This document shows positions 46,744 through 56,379 of a stretch of 64,000 bases of DNA, in pieces. The stretch comes from an uncultured Planctomycetota bacterium (GTDB lineage Bacteria; Planctomycetota; Planctomycetia; Isosphaerales; Isosphaeraceae), in contig CAWGMQ010000003.1 of the NCBI GenBank assembly GCA_963823665.1, positions 608,001 through 672,000 of the forward strand. Direction: 5' to 3'. Position 1 is the stretch's first letter, and each line of letters begins with the position of its first letter. The notes beneath the pieces were generated by a model that searched no databases, was not told the origin of the DNA, and saw nothing but the letters and a program-made list of their open reading frames with translations. Made by a program: the position numbers and the translations under genes.

Positions 46744-47684
46744 TTCTCCTTGAGGGGTAGTAAAGCGTAGGCGATGCCAGTGAGGTTTCCCTGAGCGTAG
46801 AGCAGTGTCTGCTTACCTGACCCATCGAGACGGGCAGAGTAGACCGAGCCAGCCAGATCGGTGAGGAACATGCGGCCGCCTTCGAGATCGAGCGCAATAC
46901 CGATGCCTTCCATCAGGTGCCTGAACAGGATCTCCGGCGCGGGCCGCGTTTTGGAATCCGCGTCCATCGGGGCGCGGTTGACCGTGTTGCCGTGCGGCGG
47001 GTCGCCGCGGTCCGTCCAGTACAGAAGGCGATTCTTGAGATCGAGCTCCAGATCAATCGGCTCCGGCAGGCCGTCGAACAGCACTTCGATGTCCGTGCGG
47101 TTCGACGCATTCTGTCCGGCCGGGAGCTCGATGTTCGCTCGGAGGATGCGGCCCAATTCCGCGTTGTCCGGGCCTTTTTGCGTCCAGTAAATCTGTCCGC
47201 GCCCGGCATCCACAGAGATGCCGACGCACCACTTCGTCTGGTCGCGGCGGTCGATGTCGCCCCGGCCCGTCTCCACGAGAGTCTCAACCGCCGACCCGTC
47301 GAGGTTCGCGCGCATGACGCGCATCCCTTCGCGGTCCGACCAGTACAGCTTGCCGCCCGACTTCTCGAGCTGGATCTGTTTGGGTGTGAACGTGCCGCCC
47401 GGGGGAACGATCGTCTGGCGATTCCGCCCGTCCAGGTCGGCGCGCTCGATGGAGCCATCGTTCAGGTGGAGAACGCCCATGTTGGTCCAGTAGATGTGCT
47501 CGCGTTCGACGTCGAGCGCGATGCCATCAGGCATCCGGCACTCGTGAACGATGACCTTTCGGTCGGAGCCGTTGGGATTCACCGAGAAGATGCGGTTGCC
47601 GCTGAGCTCGAGAACGAACAATCGGCCGGGCGCGGCTCGGTCGCCGGAGGCTAGCGTCGATTCTGAAGACTTGAGCTTTGTCAT
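46740..47684 (-). CDS. YWTD-type beta-propeller protein
   Basis: IYWTN, LYWSD, IYWTQ and LYWTD repeats, each followed by R(A/S)xLDG-like strands; purine-rich RBS before ATG 47684. Confidence 0.8.
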   Translation of the reverse strand: MTKLKSSESTLASGDRAAPGRLFVLELSGNRIFSVNPNGSDRKVIVHECRMPDGIALDVEREHIYWTNMGVLHLNDGSIERADLDGRNRQTIVPPGGTFTPKQIQLEKSGGKLYWSDREGMRVMRANLDGSAVETLVETGRGDIDRRDQTKWCVGISVDAGRGQIYWTQKGPDNAELGRILRANIELPAGQNASNRTDIEVLFDGLPEPIDLELDLKNRLLYWTDRGDPPHGNTVNRAPMDADSKTRPAPEILFRHLMEGIGIALDLEGGRMFLTDLAGSVYSARLDGSGKQTLLYAQGNLTGIAYALLPLKEK

Positions 47685-47728
47685 ATTTTCCCCTTTCATC
47701 GTTGACCGCGCTTCAGGCGCGGCATCTC

Positions 47729-49139
47729 TCACACACACACCAAAGAGGCATCGACCGCCCACAGTGATCGTTCGTACTCCGACTCCAGCCGGTATCGCGC
47801 CAGGTCCGAGACGGTGACCATCACCAGGCCGTGCGTTTCGCAGAACCGGATCAAGTCCGGGACGCGAGCCATGGTGCCGTCGTCGTTAAGGATCTCGCAG
47901 ATGACGCCCGCGGGGGTTAGTCCGGCGAGGCTTGCAAGATCGACGGCCGCCTCGGTTTGTCCTCGTCGCTCCAGAACGCCGCCTGGGCGGGCGCAGCGGG
48001 AAGACGTGTCCCGGCCGGGCGAAGTCATCCGGAGAGCTGCCGGCGTCCACGGCGGCCCGGATCGTTTGCGCCCGATCGTGGGCCGAAATGCCCGTGGTGA
48101 CGCCGCGTCCTTTCACGTCGATCGAGACCGTGAACGCGGTGCCGTGCAACGCGGTGTTCTCGGGCACCATCGCGGCGAGATCCAGCTCGTCGAGCCGCTC
48201 GCCGGGCATGGCCAGGCAGATCAGTCCCCGCCCGTGTTTCGCCATGAAGTTGATGGCCTCGGGGGTAACCAGCTCCGCCGCCATCGTCAGGTCGCCTTCG
48301 TTCTCGCGGTCCTCATCGTCGATCACCACGATCATGCGTCCGGCCCTCAGTTCGTGAATGGCGGTCTCGACGCTCGCAAACTCGAACCGGTCTTGCGAGT
48401 GAATTGGATACCCCGTGCGATCATGCTGACCCAGGCTGAGGACGTGCCCCATCTTTTCCTTCTTGGCACGAAGGTAGGCCAAGGAATGTGGGGTCGGCGC
48501 GGCTTCGCAGGGAAGCCTCTCGACGACCTCGATACCGGCATCCGCGAGCGCGGCAGACTTGCGCGGGTTATTCGACAGAAGGCGAACCCGGCTGACGCGA
48601 AGCTCGTGCAGGATCGCCGCGGGCAAGCTGAAATCCCGGCAATCCGCCCTGAAGCCCAAGGCATGGTTGGCGTCGACGGTGTCGAGGCCGGCGTCCTGGA
48701 GAGCGTAGGCCTGCAACTTCGCCTTGAGCCCGATACCCCGGCCCTCCTTGTACTCGTAGATCAAGAGCCCGCGCCCTTCCCCGGCGATTGCCCGCATGGC
48801 GATATCCAGTTGGTCGTTGCAATCACAGCGCAGCGATCCGAGCACCTCGCCGGTGAAACACTGCGAATGAACGCGTACGATCGGAGCGCCGTCCGCCAGA
48901 TCGCCCATGACCAGTGCGAGTGCGCTTTCAACCCGTCGCGTCCCGTTCACAATTTCGCGCTCGAACGAAAGGGCCTGAAACACCCCCCACCTGGTGGGCA
49001 TTCGGGCGGAAGCCACTCTGACGGCCCCTGTCTCCGCGAGGGTGACGTACATGTCGGACGTCATCGCGTTCTTCTTCTCCGGACGGTTTAACTGGATCCG
49101 CAAGATGCTTCCGGATCGTTCGGTAAGGATTTCACTCAT
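47729..49139 (-). CDS. GTP cyclohydrolase II - DHBP synthase fusion (RibA then RibB) with a ~36-aa enoyl-CoA hydratase leader; frameshift near 47995
   Basis: [26 protein letters not shown] and KMGH (RibA) precede [27 protein letters not shown] and GQTEAAVDL (RibB). Confidence 0.88.
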
Positions 49140-50379
49140 CGTCCACCCCCCGTGGTTACTGCTTCCGGATGCTTGACACCCGGGATGGCACGGCTCGCGC
49201 GGAAGCCCTCGATTTCGGTGGCATTGAAGCCGAGTTGGGTGAGAACCTCTTCGTTGTGTTCGCCGATTTCCGGGCGCGTTTGGCCGGCACTTTCGCCACG
49301 CCGTGCACTTGCATCGGGCTGCTGATCGTGAACGTCAGCTTCCCGCCCGCGCCCTCGATCGGAACGACAATGTCGTTCGCGCGGAGCTGGGGGTCCTTGA
49401 CGACCTCGGCCGGTTCCATCACGACGCTGAACGTGATGCGGGCCCGCTCCAAGACGTCGTGCCAGTGGGCCATCGGTTGGGCGCCGAACGCTTCGTCGAG
49501 AATGGCCGTAAGCTGGGCCATGTTGGCCGCCAACTTCGTGGCGTCGCTGAACCGCGGGTCCGACAGCAGGTCTGCGCGACCGATTCCCTTGGCCAGCGCC
49601 GGGAGCTTGTCGGGCGTCGTGCCGAGTATCAGCCATTGGTCGTCCGCGGTACGGTACAAATTGATCGTCGCGTTCGGCGGGTTCTCCCGGTCATGCAGCG
49701 GGAAGAACCGGGCGTCGCAGAGCGCGGCGGCGTTCATCATGGCAGTGGCCCAGACCCCTTCGGCCAACAGCGACGTGGTGACATAGGAGCCCTTCCCGGT
49801 CCGCTCGCGCTGATACAAGCCCATGACGATCGCGGAAAACAAGCCAACGGCCGTCGCATGATCACCGCTTCCCCCCACGGGGAATGTAGGCGGGGCGCCC
49901 GCATCGCGCGTCAGCGCCAACAGACCGCTGCGGGCCCAGTACGCTGTGAAATCGAATCCCGGGAGATCGGCGTCCGGCCCGTTGTCGCCATAGCCGGTGA
50001 TGTCGGCATAGATCAACCGAGAATTCCAAGAGGAGACGTCCTCGTAGGACAGCTTCAGCCGCTTGCGCGCCGGGTGCGGAGTGTTAACGATGAACACGTC
50101 GGCCCACTTGGCGAGGCGCTCGAGCACCTTGTGTGCGTCCGGCGATTTCAGATCGAGGGCCAGGCCGCGCTTGTTGCGGTTATCAAGGTGAAAACAGTAG
50201 TTGTCCTTGGCCTGGGGAAACGGGGGAAGCGTGTGGACGATTCGAAAGGTGTCGCCCGTGGGCGGTTCGACCTTGATCACGTCGGCACCAAAGTCCGACA
50301 AGATCACAGCGGCAGCGGGACCGGCGATGAAGCTCGAAAAATCCACGACGTTCAGGCCGGTAAAGATGTTATCCGTCAT
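49136..50379 (-). CDS. Family III CoA-transferase (CaiB/BaiF), copy 2; frameshift near 49275
   Basis: Colinear paralog of 20381-21619; the C-terminus ([11 protein letters not shown]) is in ORF 49136-49636. Confidence 0.9.
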
Positions 50380-50416
50380 GTGATGCCTCGTTCGGGTGAG
50401 ATCGTCTGGTTATTGG

Positions 50417-51220
50417 TTACTTTCCCTGGAAGTTAGGCTTGCGTTTTTCGCGGAACGCGGCCACACCCTCTTTCCGGTCCTCGGTAGCGAAACACTGGGT
50501 GAAGAGCGACGCCTCGATGTTCAGCCCTTCGGCGAGGCTCTCGTCGAGACCCCGGTTCGCGGCTTCGATCGCCAGCTTGACCGCGGTCGGGGCATTCGCA
50601 TTGATCTTGTTCAGGATGGCTTCCGCCCTCGGAAAGAGGCTGTCCTTGGCAACGATTTCGTTGACCAAGCCGATCCGGTAGGCCTCATGTGCGTCGATCA
50701 TGTCGGCGCTGAGAATCAATTGCAGCGCGCGTCCCTTGCCGACCAGCCGGGGCAGGCGTTGCGTTCCCCCGTAGCCCGGGATGATGCCGATCGTCACCTC
50801 CGGCTGGCCGAACTTGGCGGTCTCCACGGCCAGTCGGATCGTGCAAGCCATCGCCAGCTCGCAGCCGCCGCCCAAGGCGAAGCCGTTGACGGCCGCGATG
50901 ACCGGCTTGCCGAGGTTTTCGATGAGTGTGGTGAGGCGTTGCCCCTGTCGCGTCTTGTCCTCCGCCTCGGTAGGCGTGTCGTTGGCCATTTCGCTGATGT
51001 CCGCGCCGGCGGCGAACGCCTTGTCGCCCGCCCCGGTCAAGATCACGCCACGGACGCCGGCATCGTCCCGGGCTTCGTTGAAGACCTCACTGAGCTCGGC
51101 GATCGTGGCCTTGTTGAGGGCGTTGAGCACCTTCGGCCGGTTGAGTGTCACGTACGCGATCGCCCCCTTCTTTTCGTACAGAATGTTCTCGCGGGTTGAT
51201 GTTGCTGTTGCGACACTCAC
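50417..51220 (-). CDS. Enoyl-CoA hydratase (crotonase)
   Basis: LNRPKVLNAL, AFAAGADI, ALGGGCELA, FGQPEV and PGYGGTQRL; GTG start after AAGGAG. Confidence 0.93.
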   Translation of the reverse strand: MSVATATSTRENILYEKKGAIAYVTLNRPKVLNALNKATIAELSEVFNEARDDAGVRGVILTGAGDKAFAAGADISEMANDTPTEAEDKTRQGQRLTTLIENLGKPVIAAVNGFALGGGCELAMACTIRLAVETAKFGQPEVTIGIIPGYGGTQRLPRLVGKGRALQLILSADMIDAHEAYRIGLVNEIVAKDSLFPRAEAILNKINANAPTAVKLAIEAANRGLDESLAEGLNIEASLFTQCFATEDRKEGVAAFREKRKPNFQGK

Positions 51221-51272
51221 GTGCGTGCTCCTTTTGCGAAACTCCAGAAGTTCCAATCTCAACCGATCCGGG

Positions 51273-51398
51273 TCAGGCCGCGCGGCCCCACATCCGGCGG
51301 GCGAAGCGCCGCTGGCGGTGCCGTGCGTACCAGCTCTTGCGGGCCGGGTCCCGGCCATCCAGCCCGCGACGGCGGCGGGTCAGATTACCTACTTGCAT
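51273..51398 (-). CDS. Putative 41-aa Arg-rich small protein
   Basis: MQVGNLTRRRRGLDGRDPARKSWYARHRQRRFARRMWGRAA after GAGAGGAGAGGAGGGAGG; fills the gap in the operon. Confidence 0.45.
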   Translation of the reverse strand: MQVGNLTRRRRGLDGRDPARKSWYARHRQRRFARRMWGRAA

Positions 51399-51455
51399 AG
51401 CCTCCCTCCTCTCCTCTCACGACAAGGCAAGACGGAGCCCGGACGGCCCGTCGAG

Positions 51456-52694
51456 CTACACGAACGCGCTGAACCCGGTGATGGCCTTGCCCACGATCAG
51501 GTTTTGCATCTGGTATGTGCCTTCGTACGAGTAAAGCGCCTCGGCATCCGCGAAGAACCGGGCGACGTGATAGTCGCTGGCAATTCCGTTGCCGCCCAGG
51601 ATCTCGCGGGCCCACGCGACCGTCTCGCGCATTTTGGCGGTGCAAAACGCCTTGGAGAGGGCCGCGTGATGGTCGCCCAGCTTGCCTTCCGCGTGGAGCT
51701 GCGCCGTGCGCACGACCAGGCACTGAGAAGCCGTGACATTGGCGATCATTCGGGCGAGCAAATCCTGGACAAGCTGAAACGAGCCGATCGGCCTGCCGAA
51801 TTGCAAACGCTCCTGCGCGTACCGAAGGGCGTGCTCGTAGGCGCCCATCTGACAACCCGTCGCCTCCCATGCGACCAAATACCGCGTCATCCGCAGCACA
51901 CGCGCAGTATCGCGGAAGGATTTGCCGGCCTGAAGATGGTTCTCCTCGGGCACCCGAACGTTTTCGAGCGTGATCAAGCCGTTCTGGACGACCTTGAGCG
52001 CGATCTTGTTCTGGATCTTCTCGACGCTGAATCCCGGCGTGGTCTTGTTCTCGACGATGAAGCCCTTGACCTGGTTGTCGGCGACGTCGCGCGCCCAGAT
52101 GATCGAGATGTCGCACCAGGGCGAGTTGCCGATCCATTTCTTCTGGCCGTTCAAGACCCAGGTGTCACCCTCACGCTTCGCGGTCGTCGTCAGGCCGCCG
52201 CTCGCCCCGGAGCCCACCAGCGGCTCGGTCAGGCCGAAGCAGCCGATCTTCTCGAAGCGAGCCATCGGCGGCAGCCATTTCTGCTTCTGCTCTTCCGATC
52301 CCGCGGCGTAGATGGAGCCCATGGCCAGGCCGTTGTGGACGCCGAAGAAGGTCGCGATCGACGAGTCGACGCGTGACATCTCCATTGCGGCCAGACCGAA
52401 CAAGAGCGCGCTTCCTCCCCGGCAGCCGTATCCCTGCATCCCCACCCCTCCGAGATTCAGCTCCTTGATTGCCGGCAGCAGCTCAAATGGGAATGCATCC
52501 TCGACCCAGTATTTGTTGATGATCGGTGCGACCTTGGTCTCCATGAACGAGCGCACCTGTTTGAGAAGCCCGCGCTCCTCGGCGTTCAAGGTGTCAGCGA
52601 GCTCATAGAAGTCACTGTTGGGGGCAGGCAGCGGCTTCGGGGCTGTGGCCTTTCCGTCGCGTGCGCCGGTTTTCGTGAGGGTCTCCACGGTCAT
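51456..52694 (-). CDS. Acyl-CoA dehydrogenase (glutaryl-CoA DH-like group)
   Basis: CFGLTEP, LNGQKKWIGN, RLQFGRPIGSFQLVQ, LGGNGI and YSYEGT. Confidence 0.93.
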   Translation of the reverse strand: MTVETLTKTGARDGKATAPKPLPAPNSDFYELADTLNAEERGLLKQVRSFMETKVAPIINKYWVEDAFPFELLPAIKELNLGGVGMQGYGCRGGSALLFGLAAMEMSRVDSSIATFFGVHNGLAMGSIYAAGSEEQKQKWLPPMARFEKIGCFGLTEPLVGSGASGGLTTTAKREGDTWVLNGQKKWIGNSPWCDISIIWARDVADNQVKGFIVENKTTPGFSVEKIQNKIALKVVQNGLITLENVRVPEENHLQAGKSFRDTARVLRMTRYLVAWEATGCQMGAYEHALRYAQERLQFGRPIGSFQLVQDLLARMIANVTASQCLVVRTAQLHAEGKLGDHHAALSKAFCTAKMRETVAWAREILGGNGIASDYHVARFFADAEALYSYEGTYQMQNLIVGKAITGFSAFV

Positions 52695-52805
52695 GGTCCT
52701 CGTTCATGGTTGTGATGAGTTCGGATCCAACAGACGAAAAAACGGTCACGGTCTCTCAATCGATTGCTTATTCATTCGATGTCTTGCTTCGCCTCTGTAT
52801 AACGA

Positions 52806-52822
52806 AGCGTGGCCCGTGGACA
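52806..52822 (-). promoter_or_regulatory. Conserved motif TGTCCAC-N3-CCACGCT, copy 3
   Basis: TGTCCACGGGCCACGCT, 17/17 identical to 29473-29489, about 110 nt upstream of the acyl-CoA dehydrogenase start. Confidence 0.55.
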
Positions 52823-53132
52823 TCGAATCGGGTCGTTCAGGGAGAGCATGACAATCCGTTGCTCACTCATCGGGTCTTTTCCGGATAATGAGATGCCGCT
52901 TGACGAGACAAGCGAGCGAAAAAGCAACAACTGTGCCGGAGGCTGGATGTGGTCTTTCCTGGCGATCGATGGATCGCAAGACGCCGGGGAAATCCCCGGC
53001 ATTTTCATGAGAGTGAGGTAGGCACTCGCCGGTTTTGACAGAAAGCGGCGGGTCACTGGCGATCGATGTGAATTGGCAACATTTGCGTCCTGATGATGGG
53101 AAGATTTACCCATGCCGGGTTGAGCTTCAAAT

Positions 53133-53234
53133 TCAATTGAATGCGAAGTCCCCCACGACGGCGAAGCAGTCGGCGATCCCCTCGCGTGCGAGCCGCCCTA
53201 CGATGTAATCTGCGACAGTCAATTGCTCACTCAT
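53133..53234 (-). pseudogene. 5' remnant of a 2-keto-acid decarboxylase
   Basis: MSEQLTVADYIVGRLAREGIADCFAVVGDFAFN* parallels the N-terminus at 59543. Confidence 0.8.
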
Positions 53235-53369
53235 TGGATGTTTTCGGATAATGAGATACGATTGCCGCCCAGAATCGATCGACTCGCGGATGCGTAGCCG
53301 GGGCCTGATCCCGACTGCGCCCGAGGCCGGCCGGATCTTGCCGAAACGGCGGCCACCGCGGGCACTCGG

Positions 53370-55880
53370 ATGGGGACTCCGAGTTACATGGCTCCCGAGC
53401 AGGTAGTCGGGAAGGCGGGGATGATCGGGCCGGCCACGGACATCTACGCCCTCGGCGCTCTGCTCTATGAGATGCTGACGGGCCGGCCGCCGTTTCGAGG
53501 AGAGACCGCCGCCGAGACGGAGCGGCAGGTGATTCATGAAGAGCCGGTCTCCCCCTCTCGATTGAACACGAAAGTGCCGCGCGATCTCGAGACGATCTGC
53601 CTGAAGTGCCTGTCCAAGGAGGCGCGATGTCGCTACGCCAGCGCCCTTGCACTCGCCGATGACCTGAGGCGGTTCGGGGAGGACCGGCCGATCGCGGCCC
53701 GACCAGTCGCGCGGCCAGAGCGTATCCTACGCTGGCTGCGTCGAAACCCGGCGGCGACAGCGTTGATCGTCGCCGCGGCCTTACTGCTCGGCCTCTCGAG
53801 TGCCGCCGGCCTGCGTGAGTGGGGATTAGCAATGAGGCGACGGGCAGAGTTGGAGCAGTGGTCCGAGCGGTTGTCGCGGGTGACAAATCTGCAAAATGAG
53901 GGTCGCTTTGATGAAGCACGCGGCATATTGCAGCAACCGGATGCCGGCATCGCCAGCCTTCGCAAGCAAATTGAGCAAGCCCGCGCCAGTCTGGATCTGG
54001 TTGAGAGACTGGACGCCATCCGCCTGAGCCGCGGATGGACCACTCGAGGCGACGCCATCGACTACGCCGAGTCGAGCCGTCGATACACCGAGGCATTCCG
54101 CGAACGCGGCCTGGGCGATCTGCGGGACGACCCGGATCGCGTGGCCGCGCGTCTGAAAGCGTCGCCGGTTAACAAAGCGCTGGTCGCCGCTTTGGACGAC
54201 TGGGCGACTTGTGCGGACAAGGATGTGCGAGACTGGGTGCTTCGCGTTGTACGGCGCATGGACCCGGACCCATGGCGCGATCGAGTCCGCGATCCCGACA
54301 CGTGGGCGATGGTGAAGGGTTTTCCCGAACTGGCCGAAATAGCCAGAGTTGAGGACCAACCGGTCACTCTGATGGTCGCATTTGGAACACGATGGCGTCG
54401 CTTGAGCGGCGATCCGACCGCCTTCCTGGAGAGAGTGCAGCGCCAGTATCCCGACGATTTCTGGGTGAATTTTGAGCTCGGGCACCTGCTCGGCAAGAGT
54501 GATCCTGCGGGGGCGACCGGTTATTTGCGGGCTGCCCAGGCGCTGCGACCGGATGCTGCGGTCGTGCAAACCGCGCTCGGTCATGAGTTCTTCAAGCTGG
54601 GACAGCTAGACCTCTCGATTCATCATTACAAGCGATCCATGCAAATCGACCCCAACCAGGGATTAACCTGGGGTGACTTCGGCTTGGCCTTGCTCAGCAG
54701 AGGTCGGACAGATGAGGCAGCCGATTGCTTACAAAAAGCTGGAGCCCTCAATCCGAACAATGCTGACGGCCTGCTCTGGTTGCGCACAATCCGGCTTCGC
54801 CAGGGCCGGCCAGAGGAGGCGCGGCTCGCATGGCGTCGATTCATTGACCGGCACGCGAAGGTGCATAACGATTGGCATGGCTATGCCGAACTCTGTCTGT
54901 TTCTCGGGGATGTGGCCGAGTACGAGCGCGGATGCCGGGAGCTCTTGACTCGGTTCGAGTCGAGCACTGACCCACATATCCATGAGCGAATCGGGCGCAC
55001 TTGTCTGCTCCTACCGGAAACGCCGCAGCGGATGCAGCGCGCCGCCGTACTGATCGATCGTGCCTTGGCCGCCGATAAGTCGACGTATGCAGCGTGGGCG
55101 ACCGCGTATTTCCTGTTTGCCAAGGGGCTCGCAGAATATCGCCACAACAACATCCGTAATTCCATCGCCATCCTCGAAGGCGAAGCATCCCGCGTGCTGG
55201 GCCCCGCCCCGAGAATCGTCCGGGCGATGGCCCTGTATCGCCGCGGTGACCGGGAGGAAGCGAGTCAGGCGCTGGCTTCGGCCATCATCGATCACGACTG
55301 GCGAGCGGCGAGCGCCCTTGAGCTGGAGAGCTGGATGTATCACGTGCTCCGCCGTGAAGCTGAAGCGATGGTGTTTCCCAACCTGCCGGCCTTCCTCGCG
55401 GGCACGTATCAGCCAGCCGATCAGTGCGAGCGGCTCGCATTTGTGCGGGCCGCGGAGTTCAACGGTCTGACATGCGCTTCCGCGCGGCTCTATGCCGACG
55501 CCTTCGCCGCTGACCCATCGCTGGCGAATGACCCAGAACGCGGTAGGAGGTATCGCGCTGCCTGCATGGCGGCATCGGCTGGTTGCGGGCGCGGCAAGGA
55601 CGCATCGAACCTTCACGACGAAGAGCGAGCACGTCTGCGCGATCAGGCACGCCGGTGGCTGCGGGCCGAGGTAGCTGCGTGGCGAAAGAAGATCGATTCC
55701 GCTCCTGCCGCGAAGGAACCGGCGGAGAACGCGCTCAATCGATGGCTGATCGACCCCGACTTGGCCGGGCTGCGCGAGCCCGATCTGCTTCGCAAACTTC
55801 CCTTCGCCGAGAATCTGGCATGCAGCGAAATGTAGCGCGAGATCAGCGCGCAGATCGACCGCGCCAGGCGTCGGAATTAA
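53370..55880 (+). pseudogene. 5'-truncated Ser/Thr kinase-TPR protein D
   Basis: Begins at GTPSYMAPEQ with no Gly-loop, HRD or DFG. TAG at 55833-55835 sits where paralog B has Trp, and the homologous tail continues to 55880. Confidence 0.8.
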
Positions 55881-55912
55881 TCCCGCGACTTACCCCCCAT
55901 TCGTACTGAAGA

Positions 55913-56173
55913 TCAATCGATGAGTTTCATGAGCGCGAGATGGCCGTCGGTATAGGGCCGGTAGCGGACCGGGAAGTCGAGATGAGTCGTCCGGGAGAGA
56001 ACCCCTTTCGGTGCGTGAACGTCTCGAAGCTCCACTGGCCGTGGTAGCGCCCCATGCCGCTGTCACCGACGCCTCCGAAGGGAAGCTCGGGAACGACCAT
56101 GTGCATGATGACGTCGTTGATGCAGGCGTTGCCCGAGGCTCGTCCGGTCGACGACCTTGTGCTGCGTTGCCTC
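55913..56173 (-). pseudogene. 3' remnant of an ALDH paralog
   Basis: Closely matches 33326-33586 ([41 protein letters not shown] identical). Confidence 0.88.
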
Positions 56174-56373
56174 ACGCAATTGATTGCTGCTCTGGGCGCT
56201 TCCGCGCCTGCCGTGTATCCGGAACCCTTCGGATAGGAAAGAAAGACGACGCGGACATAGCTCGCTGGAACCTTCATGAGAGAGGTGTGTATCCGCGTGA
56301 TTTCCTGCGCGATCTTCGCTTTGGTCTCGTCCGACACACTTCCCTCTTGAGTAATCGCTGTATACAGTGGCAC
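56174..56373 (-). pseudogene. Tautomerase-superfamily protein (Pro-1), 3'-truncated
   Basis: (M)PLYT...[12 protein letters not shown]...[10 protein letters not shown]; runs directly into the ALDH remnant. Confidence 0.7.
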
Positions 56374-56379
56374 TTGAAT

